DNA of 64,000 nt from IMG/VR virus record IMGVR_UViG_3300032315_000748. One strand, given 5' to 3'. A program made the translations under genes and the position numbers. Source of the stretch: a virus. Within the stretch, counting starts at the first letter, position 1. Each line of letters begins with the position of its first letter. This document shows positions 46,001 through 54,537 of this stretch, piece by piece. The notes under the pieces are model-generated. The model ran no database searches. It was given only the letters and a program-made list of their open reading frames with translations, and had not been told where the DNA came from.

Positions 46001-47530
46001 CCAAATACTGCCGGAATTATTACTTCAATAAATTCTTTAATTGTAGATAACATTCAAGGAAAACTTGATGTCACAGATTCAACAAAGTACATTACTTATA
46101 ATGGGCAAACTGGAATTGTTACGATGGCATACGCAAGTGTAACCTCGCTTGTTGATATTGCTACTGGTTTAGTAATTAAAGTAAATCACAATAATCACGG
46201 AATGTATTCTTCGCAGAATAAAGTTACTTTAAGTGGAATTGAGCCAGATTTATCACCATTAAAATTATCAGCATCATATAGTTCTTCTTCAACTTCAGAT
46301 CTTCCATTATCATCCTCTGTTGGAATATTTACAAGTTTTGAAAATATTGCAGTCGGCTCAGCAAATACTGGTTATATTAATATCAAAAATGAAATAATAG
46401 GTTACACAGGAGTAAATACTTCAACTAATAGTTTGACTGGAATTATCAGGGGTCCAATTGCTGGATCGTACTCTGCAAATGATTTGGTATTTAAATATGA
46501 ACTTAATGGTGTATCTTTAAAGAGAATCAATAAAACTCACACAATCTCTGGTTCATATAATATTGATTTGGATGAATATAATCTAATATTAGATACATCT
46601 ATTGATGGTGCAGATAGAACTACTTCTAATGTAAATGGATATCCAGAACTATTTTTCTCACAAAGAAAATCTGGAGGAACATATGAATCAACAAGTCCAG
46701 TAGTTGGATTTGAAAAAGGTCCCAAAGCAACACAAAATATTCCATTTAGTATTATAAGACCAAATATACAAACATTATTACCACAAACTACTGAAATTAG
46801 TGCTAGAATTAGAACTTTCTCCGGAACAAGTGCTGACGGTATTGAATCATCATTTGTAGATCAAGGATTTGAAGATATTTCATTAAATTCCAATAATATA
46901 TTAAATACTACTAGAATTATTGCGTCTAAAATAAATGAATCCAATTATCTTGGAAATTATCCTGGGGCAAAATCATTTACCCTAGAAATGGTACTTTCTA
47001 CTGGTGATCCAAAAGTATCTCCAATGATTGATTTGGATAGAGTAAATATTATCACTATTATGTCTAGATTGAATTCCCCAGTATCAAATTATGCTACAGA
47101 TTCTAGTGTTAATAGTTTAACTGATGACCCACATGCAGCAATTTATGTGTCAAAAATTATTAAATTGAAGCAATCTGCAGATAATTTGATGGTATTATTT
47201 GATGCATATAGAGATGCTTCTAGTGACATTAGAGTAATGTATAGATTGATGAGAGATGATACCTCATCCCAACAACAAGGATTTGAATTATTCCCAGGTT
47301 ATACAAATTTAAATAATAATGGAGATGTCATTGATCCAAAAGATAACAATGGACTTCCAGATAAATTTATTATACCTTCTGTCAATTTTAATGATTTGGG
47401 TAGTTATGAATTTACTGCTCACAATTTAGCTCCATTTAATGGATTCCAAATCAAAATATTAATGTCAGGAACGAATCAGGCGCTTTATCCAAAAATCAAA
47501 GACTTAAGAGCAATTGCGACAAAATCATGA
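40013..47530 (+). CDS. large structural protein, DUF4815/VrlC-like
   Basis: NLNVSPYFDDF, VLFKPG.P.QARELT.LQSILQNQ, APGADR, RTYDESGDY, RFK.GFFVDNF, VDPLAESF, GSLFKSQN. Confidence 0.88.
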   Translation: MPQNTNLNVSPYFDDFSDSKNYQRVLFKPGTPIQARELTTLQSILQNQIEKFGKNLFKEGSMVIPGQIAYDPEYTCVQIDEVHLGIPISLYVESLLGKLIQGETSGVKAKVENYITSSESERNTYTLYIKYQSSSDSDFLSKTFVDGENLIALEDISYSLSSIRSGSTFATSILTNSTSIGSAAKIVSGVYFIRGFFITVNSETVVLDQYTNSPSYRVGLLVNEEIVVASNEYSDLFDNAQGFSNYAAPGADRLKISTSLIKKSINDFNDENFIELLRVEDGSLQKFVKETNYNLIRDELAKRTYDESGDYYITPFDITPKECLNDRIGNNGIYFENQVTKQGNPVSKDLLCLSVSPGKAYVRGYEVETINNTIIDLNKPRTTDNDYNQAIPFNLGRQINLNNVTGTLPVGFGTTSYVNLYNGRTGIAGISSGTQIGVARVYDLKLKNSVYVDNTTQFETSLYDIQTYTNLTLNTSLTQSIPAFIQGNSSGASGYLVNSISSSNILTLYQVSGSFANNETININGNTNVRTVIGVRDYNFSDIHQIVGNGVSFTADPVLSNQSYISQPGTVFTISIASAGISTITTTDQNFYVGINTGDIISYAKQGDTLPTYNQVYQVSSSAKSIQIVALPSISGVCVGTLPTSTFTNTDIRKSTLDVLNTTNVSLYSKLNKSNISNLTLTGSDITIKRSYNVTITNGAATQVLETDVNLTLLPFNEQDYNLAFANGTVESLSDQKLTVSGRTISLQNISQNGSAVLTVSFNKINASTKKKIFNRCTSLIVDKSTSQGSGIGSTTFNDGLSYSQIYGTRVQDREISLNVPDVSNIIAIIESSTSGDPSLSYLQLINLSSNILNSVTGELIVGTNSKAVATLVSSTGTNQIDIVYLNENIFTIGELVTFQESKIQATITTVFPGDKNIKNNFIFDDGQRSEYLDYSRIIRKPNNSSPTRKIKIIFNNYTINSSDNGDFVGVNSYDKDRYDDYIPSVDGKRVTDLLDCRPRVSQFNSLVASPFEFKSRIFQNTNGSATDIFAKNKNINLSYDYYLPRIDRIFLDKDGAFIVNKGIPSLSPKVPNSLDSSLEIGTVYLPAYLFDASSVKISLTTHKRYRMQDISSLDRRITNIEYYTSLSLLETDTQNLTIRDSTTQLDRFKCGFFVDNFKSSNGGDISNRLYKSSIDKDAGTLNPQPYSTSIDLLIGSESILGIGTTSNVDADLRFVNDLGSPNLTRVGDVVCLKYSDVEYVKNPYATRTENVNPFNVVNWIGTIQLSPSSDTWVETRKTEKISDIEGSYSSAIQQLGVDTNTGLSPVDWGSWETTWTGAQATNGPALFTQQTGSTLTSSTDWVATSGLWQSRNPENGAMMQSQDRTTTYEDSFINFSNQTTITSRNQTRQGIQYGVNQRFDTTNLGDRVVSRDILTYMRSRNIEVIAKRLKPNSQFYAFFDNVDMTNYIIPKLLEVSMISGTFSVGETVIGILGSKSIKFRLATQNHKYGPYNTPFEYYTINPYDVSSTISSSYSSTTGLLNVDTASLELQSNSSFYGCISNGMRLIGQTSGAIADIRNIRLISDNSGSFIGSLFIPDPTSPSTPVFTTGNKTFTLTTSSTNSTISGFAQSSAETNFSSSGTLDNVESTTLRIRNANISRDVKTDDRKTSETDTRLVASTSFINRTVTQTRWVDPLAESFEVADPNGVYLTKCDIFFKSKSTNNLPVTLQVRTMSTGLPTQTILPFAEVILEPDKVFISNDSSVPTTFTFPSPVYLETANSYAIVLLSASDEYNVWISRMTETDVSTLTRPEAERIVVAQQPLLGSLFKSQNGSTWDASQLEDLKMTLYRANFVTSSASVRFYNPSLDIGNNQIAALRPNPIQMYSKSSLVGIGTSISAADQANLINGVQILQKNNSNFSGKLRSVLGGISTGATGTLSITNPGSGYTSGSTTFQNKNLVAVSGYGQGAKANLTVIGGVAVAATVSVGGTGYAIGDVLSIASTDTGSLGKNLLITIPNTAGIITSINSLIVDNIQGKLDVTDSTKYITYNGQTGIVTMAYASVTSLVDIATGLVIKVNHNNHGMYSSQNKVTLSGIEPDLSPLKLSASYSSSSTSDLPLSSSVGIFTSFENIAVGSANTGYINIKNEIIGYTGVNTSTNSLTGIIRGPIAGSYSANDLVFKYELNGVSLKRINKTHTISGSYNIDLDEYNLILDTSIDGADRTTSNVNGYPELFFSQRKSGGTYESTSPVVGFEKGPKATQNIPFSIIRPNIQTLLPQTTEISARIRTFSGTSADGIESSFVDQGFEDISLNSNNILNTTRIIASKINESNYLGNYPGAKSFTLEMVLSTGDPKVSPMIDLDRVNIITIMSRLNSPVSNYATDSSVNSLTDDPHAAIYVSKIIKLKQSADNLMVLFDAYRDASSDIRVMYRLMRDDTSSQQQGFELFPGYTNLNNNGDVIDPKDNNGLPDKFIIPSVNFNDLGSYEFTAHNLAPFNGFQIKILMSGTNQALYPKIKDLRAIATKS

Positions 47531-47748
47531 TTCCTGTTGAAAATAATAAATCATTATTTCGTGATGAAAAATCTGGAGCAATTATAAATTGCTCCGATAG
47601 TGATTATGAAAGATATTTGAGAGCAAAAGAAAATAAATTAAAAGAAATAGAAAAATCAAAACAATTGGAAACTGATGTAGAAAATATCAAAAAAGATATT
47701 GATATGATAAAAGATTTATTAATTCAATTAGTTTCCAATAAAACCTAA
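47527..47748 (+). CDS. conserved hypothetical protein
   Basis: LFRDEKSGAIIN motif plus coiled coil. Confidence 0.8.
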   Translation: MIPVENNKSLFRDEKSGAIINCSDSDYERYLRAKENKLKEIEKSKQLETDVENIKKDIDMIKDLLIQLVSNKT

Positions 47749-47777
47749 ATATATCAGAAAGTATTAAATTTTAAATA

Positions 47778-48122
47778 ATGGCAGCTTCTTATGTTAGTAA
47801 TATCATAATCAATTCGGGAACTGATTTTACCCAAACATTTGATTTTGAAACCACTTCAAATACTCCATTGGATTTGACTGGATATACTGCATATTCCTCC
47901 ATTAAAAAAAGTCCAGCATCATCAAAAGTTACAGCTAATTTTACTATTTCATTTACCAATAGAGCTTTTGGTAAATTGACAATTTCTTTAGGATCTTCAA
48001 TAACATCCACAATAAGATCAGGAAGATATTCTTATGATATTTTGCTGGTAGATGCTGCTTCCACCAAGACTAGAGTCGTAGAAGGGAGTGCGATTGTTAC
48101 TGCTGGTATTACTACGGTATAA
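47778..48122 (+). CDS. conserved virion-associated protein
   Basis: NIII..GTDF.QTF...LDLTGY...GRY.YD.....RVVEG...V..G.T; CTAAATA late promoter upstream. Confidence 0.8.
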   Translation: MAASYVSNIIINSGTDFTQTFDFETTSNTPLDLTGYTAYSSIKKSPASSKVTANFTISFTNRAFGKLTISLGSSITSTIRSGRYSYDILLVDAASTKTRVVEGSAIVTAGITTV

Positions 48123-48125
48123 AAA

Positions 48126-49226
48126 ATGGCAGATATAAGAGTAAGACTTGGTTCAGAAAGCGCAATCAGAGTTCCTGCTACATCTATTGTGGCAGGAGGA
48201 AAATTATATCAACTTTCTGATGTTGATGTAAGTAATGGACAAGTTAGTGGAATGGTTTTGGTATTTAACTCCACCACATTAAAATGGGAAGCAACTAGCA
48301 ATCCAGTTTTAGTTGGATCATTGACTGTAAATGGAAATACTACACTTGGGCAAGTAAGTACAAATTTAAATACTTTTATTGGAATTTCATCATTTATTGG
48401 AACTATTGTAAATACTGGTGGTGCAACATTTGATAATGTTAAAATTAAATCAAATACAATTTCATCTTTACCTGGATCTGGAAATATTTTATATATTGAT
48501 CCATATCCAGATGGATTAAGTAATCAAGGTACAGTAGTTATTAAAGGTGATCTTCAAGTTGATGGTAATACTACTTCAATAAATTCATCAACTGTAAACG
48601 CAGATGGAGATATATTAAATCTTGGCGATATAACAAGTATAAGAACAGTGATGTCACCAGTAGTAACTGGAATTTCATCTATTACTTTAGATTCTGTCGT
48701 TGGAATTAATACTGGAGATTTAATTAGCGGAAATGCAAATCTTCCATCAAGTGGAATCACAACAATAAGTTCATATAATCCAAGTACAAATGTTATTATT
48801 ATTCAGGGAACTACTACTGGGTCAATTTCAACCACAACACAATTGACAATTAGACATTATTATGATACTAATACAGATAAAGGTATTTCATTTGAATATA
48901 ATATAAGTTCTGGTGTTCAAAATTATAGAAAAGGATTTTTTGGTTATAAGGACAGCACTCGTTATCTCACATATATTCCAGATGCTACGATTACTGGAAA
49001 TGTAGTATCTGGAACAAAAGGTACTCTTGATATAGGTTCAATTTTACTTAATTTCACTACTTCTGGAATTAGTACTAGAGGATCTGCATATTTTGATTCT
49101 TCTGGCAAATTGATTAGTACTAATTCTCCAGAAGTTGGGTATGCATCTACTTCAAATTATATTTTAACAACAGATAATTCAAATGTTCCGGTATGGACAA
49201 ATACTATAGATGGGGGACAATATTAA
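48126..49226 (+). CDS. tail fibre-like structural protein
   Basis: LSDVD, G.LQVDG.TT..NS, D.G..F.Y, GFFGY.D, IDGG C-terminus. Confidence 0.7.
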   Translation: MADIRVRLGSESAIRVPATSIVAGGKLYQLSDVDVSNGQVSGMVLVFNSTTLKWEATSNPVLVGSLTVNGNTTLGQVSTNLNTFIGISSFIGTIVNTGGATFDNVKIKSNTISSLPGSGNILYIDPYPDGLSNQGTVVIKGDLQVDGNTTSINSSTVNADGDILNLGDITSIRTVMSPVVTGISSITLDSVVGINTGDLISGNANLPSSGITTISSYNPSTNVIIIQGTTTGSISTTTQLTIRHYYDTNTDKGISFEYNISSGVQNYRKGFFGYKDSTRYLTYIPDATITGNVVSGTKGTLDIGSILLNFTTSGISTRGSAYFDSSGKLISTNSPEVGYASTSNYILTTDNSNVPVWTNTIDGGQY

Positions 49227-49227
49227 A

Positions 49228-49419
49228 ATGAATAATGAAAATGATATTGATGTAACAATTCTAATCAATATATATTCTCAAAAAATATCTTCACTTTCAA
49301 TTGAAAATATTGTATTGGAGTCAAAAATTCAATCTTTAATTAAAGATTTTGAAAAAGAAAAATTTGATCTATTGGAAAAAATAAAAAAATTACAAACAGA
49401 TTCTACTGATAAATATTAA
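49228..49419 (+). CDS. small coiled-coil protein
   Basis: MNNENDIDV..LI..Y.QKI..L...N..LE.K. Confidence 0.7.
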   Translation: MNNENDIDVTILINIYSQKISSLSIENIVLESKIQSLIKDFEKEKFDLLEKIKKLQTDSTDKY

Positions 49420-49437
49420 AAGGAAGGTATTTAAATA

Positions 49438-50253
49438 ATGTCAAAACCATCATCCCGTCAAGGATTAATTGATTACTGTCTAAGAAGACTTGGGTATCCG
49501 GTATTAGAAATTAATATTGAAGATGACCAAATTGATGATTTGGTGGATGATGCTATTCAATATTTTAATGAAAGGCATTATGATGGTATTGAAAAAGTAT
49601 TTTTAAAGCATAAATTAGACCAAACACAATTAGATACAATAAGAACTGGTGTCACAACTTCAACTGCATCTTCGGCAGTGGGAATAACAACTGTAGCATA
49701 TACAGAGACAAATAACTTTTTGCAGTTGCCAGATCACGTAATTGGTGTGAATAATGTATTTAAAGTAGATTCCAGTACAATATCCAGTGGTCTATTTAAT
49801 ATCAAATACCAACTGTTCTTGAATGATTTGTATTATTATGGAGCACTCGATCTATTAAATTATGCAATGGTAAAAACATATCTTGAAGATTTAAGTAGAA
49901 TTATTACTCCAGATATTCAAATTAGATTCAATAAAAAAAATCATAGATTATATATGGATATTGATTGGAGTCAAATGGGTCCAAATAATTATTTAATTTT
50001 TGATTGCTATAGATTAATAGATCCTTCAGATGCACCAAGCATTTATAACGATTGGTGGTTGAAAAAATATTTAACTGCTTTGATGAAGAGACAATGGGGA
50101 ATCAATTTAAGTAAGTTTCAAGGTGTATCTCTTCCTGGTGGTATTCAATTTAATGGAGAACGAATTTTAAATGATGGAATAAGAGAAGTTGAAGAAGCAG
50201 AAAAACAACTCAAGGATGAGTATGAAACTCCTCCAATGGATATGATAGGTTGA
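49438..50253 (+). CDS. g13: neck protein gp13
   Basis: LIDYCLRRLGYPVLEIN, HYDG, K.QWG.NL.KF.GV.LPGG. Confidence 0.93.
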   Translation: MSKPSSRQGLIDYCLRRLGYPVLEINIEDDQIDDLVDDAIQYFNERHYDGIEKVFLKHKLDQTQLDTIRTGVTTSTASSAVGITTVAYTETNNFLQLPDHVIGVNNVFKVDSSTISSGLFNIKYQLFLNDLYYYGALDLLNYAMVKTYLEDLSRIITPDIQIRFNKKNHRLYMDIDWSQMGPNNYLIFDCYRLIDPSDAPSIYNDWWLKKYLTALMKRQWGINLSKFQGVSLPGGIQFNGERILNDGIREVEEAEKQLKDEYETPPMDMIG

Positions 50254-50257
50254 TAAT

Positions 50258-51673
50258 ATGTCTCCACTTAATCCTTATTTTTTAAATGGAACTGTCGGTG
50301 AGCAAAGATTAGTACAAGATCTAATCAATGAGCAGTTAAAAATGTTTGGGCAAGATATTGTCTATATGCCCAGAAAGATAGTAAATAAAAGTAATATATT
50401 AAAAGAAGTAACTGTATCCAACTTTGATGATTCATATAGATTAGAAGCTTATATAATGAATTATCAAGGATTTGGTGGAAGGGGAGATATATTATCAAAA
50501 TTTGGAGTTCAAACTACTGATGAATTAACTTTAATTATATCCAGAGAAAGATATGAAGATTTTGTTTCTAATTTTATCGCAAATAGTGAAGAAATAGAGG
50601 TATCCACAAGACCAGAAGAAGGTGATATAATTTATTTACCTTTAGATAATACAATATTTGAAATTAAATATGTAGAGGCAAAGTCTTCATTTTATCAATT
50701 AAATAATCTTTATATTTATGAATTGAGATGTGAAGTATTTGACTACGAAGCAGACGAAAATATTAACACAGGCATCAGTGAAGTTGATGAATCTGTAAAA
50801 GATTTTGGATACATTACAACTTTAAATATGGTTAAATTTGATGCTGCACCAGCATCGGCAATTGGGAGACTTGCATCTAGTCTTGCTGCCGTGTATGGTG
50901 GTTCAGTTTCTAAAATTGATCTAATTAATGATGGTACTGGTTATTTGACAACTCCAACAATTTTAATTTCTCGCCCAATTAGTGGTGGAATAAATGCAAC
51001 TGCGGTTGCGATTATGACAAGTCGTTCCAATCAAACTGGAAAATCTATTGATAAAATAATGATTATAAATCCAGGAATTGGATATACAGTTACACCATCA
51101 GTTACAATTGTGAATTCAAGTGGTTCTGGCGCAATAGCAACAGCAATCGTATCATCTGGTTCTCTGGGCACATTTGAAATTACTAGTGGCGGTGTGGGAT
51201 ATTCTACTAATCCCATAGTAGCAATATCAACAGCACCTTCTGGCGGAGTAGACGCAAAAGCAGAATCCGTAATAAATTCTCTAGGAATAGTAACTGCCAT
51301 TAGATATAATAATGCTGGATCTGGATATACATCAATACCCTCAATTTCTTTCTCTTCACCTATTGGAGTTTCTACTGGAAATTATGTATTCAATGAGATA
51401 GTTAAAGGTGTTTCTACCGGAACAACTGCATACGTTGCTGATTGGGATTACGATACAAGAATACTTAAAGTTAAAATAACAAATGGTTCTTTTGCTTTAG
51501 GCGAATCCATAATTGGAATTGGAACTACTTTTGGTGGTTCCAATTCCAATTATAAACTTCTTTCAGTTAATACACAAGATGAATATGATCCATATGCAGA
51601 GAACATTCCTATTGAATCAGAAGCAGATGAATTTTTGGATTTTAGTGAGCGCAACCCCTTTGGAGATTTTTAA
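50258..51673 (+). CDS. g14: neck protein gp14
   Basis: EQRLVQDLINEQ, RPEEGDIIY.PL, DFSERNPFG; central Gly-rich insertion. Confidence 0.92.
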   Translation: MSPLNPYFLNGTVGEQRLVQDLINEQLKMFGQDIVYMPRKIVNKSNILKEVTVSNFDDSYRLEAYIMNYQGFGGRGDILSKFGVQTTDELTLIISRERYEDFVSNFIANSEEIEVSTRPEEGDIIYLPLDNTIFEIKYVEAKSSFYQLNNLYIYELRCEVFDYEADENINTGISEVDESVKDFGYITTLNMVKFDAAPASAIGRLASSLAAVYGGSVSKIDLINDGTGYLTTPTILISRPISGGINATAVAIMTSRSNQTGKSIDKIMIINPGIGYTVTPSVTIVNSSGSGAIATAIVSSGSLGTFEITSGGVGYSTNPIVAISTAPSGGVDAKAESVINSLGIVTAIRYNNAGSGYTSIPSISFSSPIGVSTGNYVFNEIVKGVSTGTTAYVADWDYDTRILKVKITNGSFALGESIIGIGTTFGGSNSNYKLLSVNTQDEYDPYAENIPIESEADEFLDFSERNPFGDF

Positions 51674-51702
51674 ATCTAAATAATTAATAAAAGGACATTA
51701 TT

Positions 51703-52755
51703 ATGCTAGGAGAATACTATTACCACGAAATAGTCAAAAAAACTATAATTGCATTTGGTACTTTATTTAATAATATTAACATTAAACACAAAAAACAAGA
51801 TGACAGCGATTATAGCACAATAAAAGTTCCTATTGCATATGGTCCAGTAGAGAAGTTTACGGCAAGATTAGAACAAAAACCAGATTTGAGAAATAGGGTT
51901 TCTATCGTTCTTCCAAGATTAGCATTTGAGATGACTAGTATTCAATACGATAATACTAGAAAAGTCTCTACTATGCAAACTTTTAAAGCATTAAGTTCTA
52001 CAGATAATCAGGTAGTAAAAAAAGTTTTTATGCCTGCCCCATATAATATTGGCATTCAACTTTCTATTATGACTCAATATAATGATGATGCTCTGCAAAT
52101 TATTGAGCAAATTCTTCCATATTTCCAACCATCTTTCAATTTAACAATAAATTTGGTTTCCTCTATAGGGGAAAAAAGAGACATTCCTATGATACTTGAA
52201 AATATTAATTTTAAAGATAATTATGATAGTGGTTATGAAGAAAAAAGAATTATAATTTATGATTTAAGTTTTACTGCTAAAACTTATTTGTTTGGTCCCA
52301 TTCCAGACAATACAGAAGGCTTTATCAAAAAAGTCCAGGTAGATTATTATTCTGATACAGAAACCAAAAATGCATCTAGGCAACTTCGTTATGTTGCAGA
52401 ACCAAGAGCAATTAAAGATTATAATTCAGACAATACAACCTCTCTTGCACAAGATGTAGATGATAAAATTACTAAATTTATTGTAAATAATGCAACTTCT
52501 CTTGTAGAAGATACATATATACAAATTGATGACGAAGAAATGTATATTAAATCTATATCTGGAAATACTATTACTGTATTAAGAGGTAGAGATGATTCTT
52601 CAGTAGTTTCACATTTAAATGGTTCGTCTGTAAATATTATTAATGCTGCAGATGATAATTTGATTGAACAAACAGATGATTTTGGGTTTGATGAGTATCG
52701 TTTTGATTATGGTGATGGTAAAATTTATAGTCCGTCTAAAGGTATTGATGTATGA
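51703..52755 (+). CDS. g15: tail sheath stabilizer/completion protein gp15
   Basis: FGTLFNNI, VPIAYGP, LPRLAFE, QIIEQILPYFQP. Confidence 0.93.
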   Translation: MLGEYYYHEIVKKTIIAFGTLFNNINIKHKKQDDSDYSTIKVPIAYGPVEKFTARLEQKPDLRNRVSIVLPRLAFEMTSIQYDNTRKVSTMQTFKALSSTDNQVVKKVFMPAPYNIGIQLSIMTQYNDDALQIIEQILPYFQPSFNLTINLVSSIGEKRDIPMILENINFKDNYDSGYEEKRIIIYDLSFTAKTYLFGPIPDNTEGFIKKVQVDYYSDTETKNASRQLRYVAEPRAIKDYNSDNTTSLAQDVDDKITKFIVNNATSLVEDTYIQIDDEEMYIKSISGNTITVLRGRDDSSVVSHLNGSSVNIINAADDNLIEQTDDFGFDEYRFDYGDGKIYSPSKGIDV

Positions 52756-53174
52756 ATAACAAATTTGACGATATAAATCAAGCATTGGATATAGAAGCAA
52801 CTTCTATAGAAAAAGAAATTGTAAAAAGATCTCCATCAAAATTATCTAGACCAACAGATAAGAATGATTTGGATGCCGATTATGAATATGCAAGAGGGCA
52901 TTATTATGCCCTATTGGAAAAAGGCCAGGAAGCAATTGATAGTATATTAGAACTAGCACAAAGTTCAGAAAAAGCAAGAGATTTTGAAGTCGCTCTTCAA
53001 GGAATTAAAAGTATGGCTGATGTTGCCGATAAACTTATGGACTTACAGCAAAAAAATAAAAAAATAAGAGAAGAAGATAAATCCAACCCAAAGAATGTTA
53101 CGAATGCACTTTTTGTTGGTTCTACTGCAGAGTTACAGAAATTACTCAAGAAAGGAATCATAGATTCTAAATAG
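52752..53174 (+). CDS. g16: terminase small subunit gp16
   Basis: DYEYAR...LLEKGQEAI, NALFVGSTAELQKLLK. Confidence 0.92.
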   Translation: MNNKFDDINQALDIEATSIEKEIVKRSPSKLSRPTDKNDLDADYEYARGHYYALLEKGQEAIDSILELAQSSEKARDFEVALQGIKSMADVADKLMDLQQKNKKIREEDKSNPKNVTNALFVGSTAELQKLLKKGIIDSK

Positions 53175-53187
53175 TTAGAAAGTTTAT

Positions 53188-54360
53188 ATGAAAAATTTTA
53201 AAGAGTTTATAGATGAAACTAAAGCAATAAAAATAAAATCACATAAAACTGTAGACCAAATAGCAAAGAAACACAGACTTGATGTTTCTTTTATACAAAA
53301 TCAACTTGAAATGGGAATTCCAATTGAACACGAACATACTCGTGATAAAGTTTTAGCAACTGATATTGCTTTGCAGCATTTGAATGAAATTCCAGATTAT
53401 TATACTCGTTTGAAAAAAATGGAAGCATCTGCAAAAAAAGAACACAAGAAATTTAAAGATGTAAAAGAAGAGAAAGGAGAAATAAGATATTGTAGTCTTT
53501 GTAAAAAAGAAGAATCTCAAGAAGAATGTAAATATGGTCCTGCTATGTGGAATATTAACGCACGAACATTAACACAAAATCAAATTAAGTTTAATACTAC
53601 TAGAATACATCCTGCAAATGAATCAGTGACTATTGAAGATGCAAATGGTAATACTTTTTTGGAAGTTATTGATTTAATTAAACCAGAAAAAATGAAAGGT
53701 GTTAGTGAAGAAACAAAATCTGGTGATTCATCTCTTCACGATTGGTTTTCAAAAAGCAAATCAAGTGATGGAAAGCCAGGGTGGGTTCAGTTGGGGGGCA
53801 GATACGCAGGGAAACCTTGCGCCAAACAACCAGGACAAAATACTAAACCAAAATGTGGATCATCAAAAATGGCTGCAAATATGTCTGATGATGAAGAAGA
53901 TGCAGCAGCAAGAAGAAAAAGAAAAGAAGATCCAAATCCAGATAGGTCAGGGCAAGCAAAAAATGTTAAGACTGAAGAATTTGTAAACGAGGATGCTTGT
54001 AAAGAAAAAGTAAAATCTCGTTATAAGATTTGGCCTTCTGCATATGCATCTGGAGCAGTTGTCAAATGTCGCAAAGTTGGTGCGGCAAACTGGGGAAATA
54101 AGACAGAAAAAAATAATGTCTCGGAAAACTATCTGAGGATACAGACTCGCGGAACAACTTATACTATAGTTCTCAATTGGAGAGGTAAATATATTACAAC
54201 TCAAATGTTCTTTCAACAATTTACTAGACCAACAAAAGTAGAAGTAACAAAAGAAGTTAGAAAAGTTTATCCAAATGCAATTGTATTAGCATTCAATCCA
54301 TCATTAAAAGACCCAACAAAACCATTATTATTTACAGGACAAACTAATGAACCCAGATAA
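53188..54360 (+). CDS. multi-module protein with capsid-targeting-like N-terminus (putative internal head protein)
   Basis: MKNFKEFIDE; MGIPIEHEHT...DYYTRL module; DACKEKVKSRYKIWPSAYASG module; CTAAATA late promoter. Confidence 0.7.
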   Translation: MKNFKEFIDETKAIKIKSHKTVDQIAKKHRLDVSFIQNQLEMGIPIEHEHTRDKVLATDIALQHLNEIPDYYTRLKKMEASAKKEHKKFKDVKEEKGEIRYCSLCKKEESQEECKYGPAMWNINARTLTQNQIKFNTTRIHPANESVTIEDANGNTFLEVIDLIKPEKMKGVSEETKSGDSSLHDWFSKSKSSDGKPGWVQLGGRYAGKPCAKQPGQNTKPKCGSSKMAANMSDDEEDAAARRKRKEDPNPDRSGQAKNVKTEEFVNEDACKEKVKSRYKIWPSAYASGAVVKCRKVGAANWGNKTEKNNVSENYLRIQTRGTTYTIVLNWRGKYITTQMFFQQFTRPTKVEVTKEVRKVYPNAIVLAFNPSLKDPTKPLLFTGQTNEPR

Positions 54361-54535
54361 TATTGAACTTGACAATTTAAGTAAAATTTTTGAATATGAA
54401 AAAATATCAAGAGAATTGGAATCTTGCACCAATATTGATTTATTAAAAAATATTTGTAGGTGTTATGTGAAACTTTATTTAAAGCAACAAGAAACACTAA
54501 CCTTACTGGATATGAAAGAATTTGAGGTAAAATAA
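54347..54535 (+). CDS. small helical protein, possibly NblA-like
   Basis: 62 aa; IEL.NLSK.FEYEK..REL..C...D.LK...YVKLYLKQQE two-helix pattern. Confidence 0.6.
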   Translation: MNPDNIELDNLSKIFEYEKISRELESCTNIDLLKNICRCYVKLYLKQQETLTLLDMKEFEVK

Positions 54536-54537
54536 GT

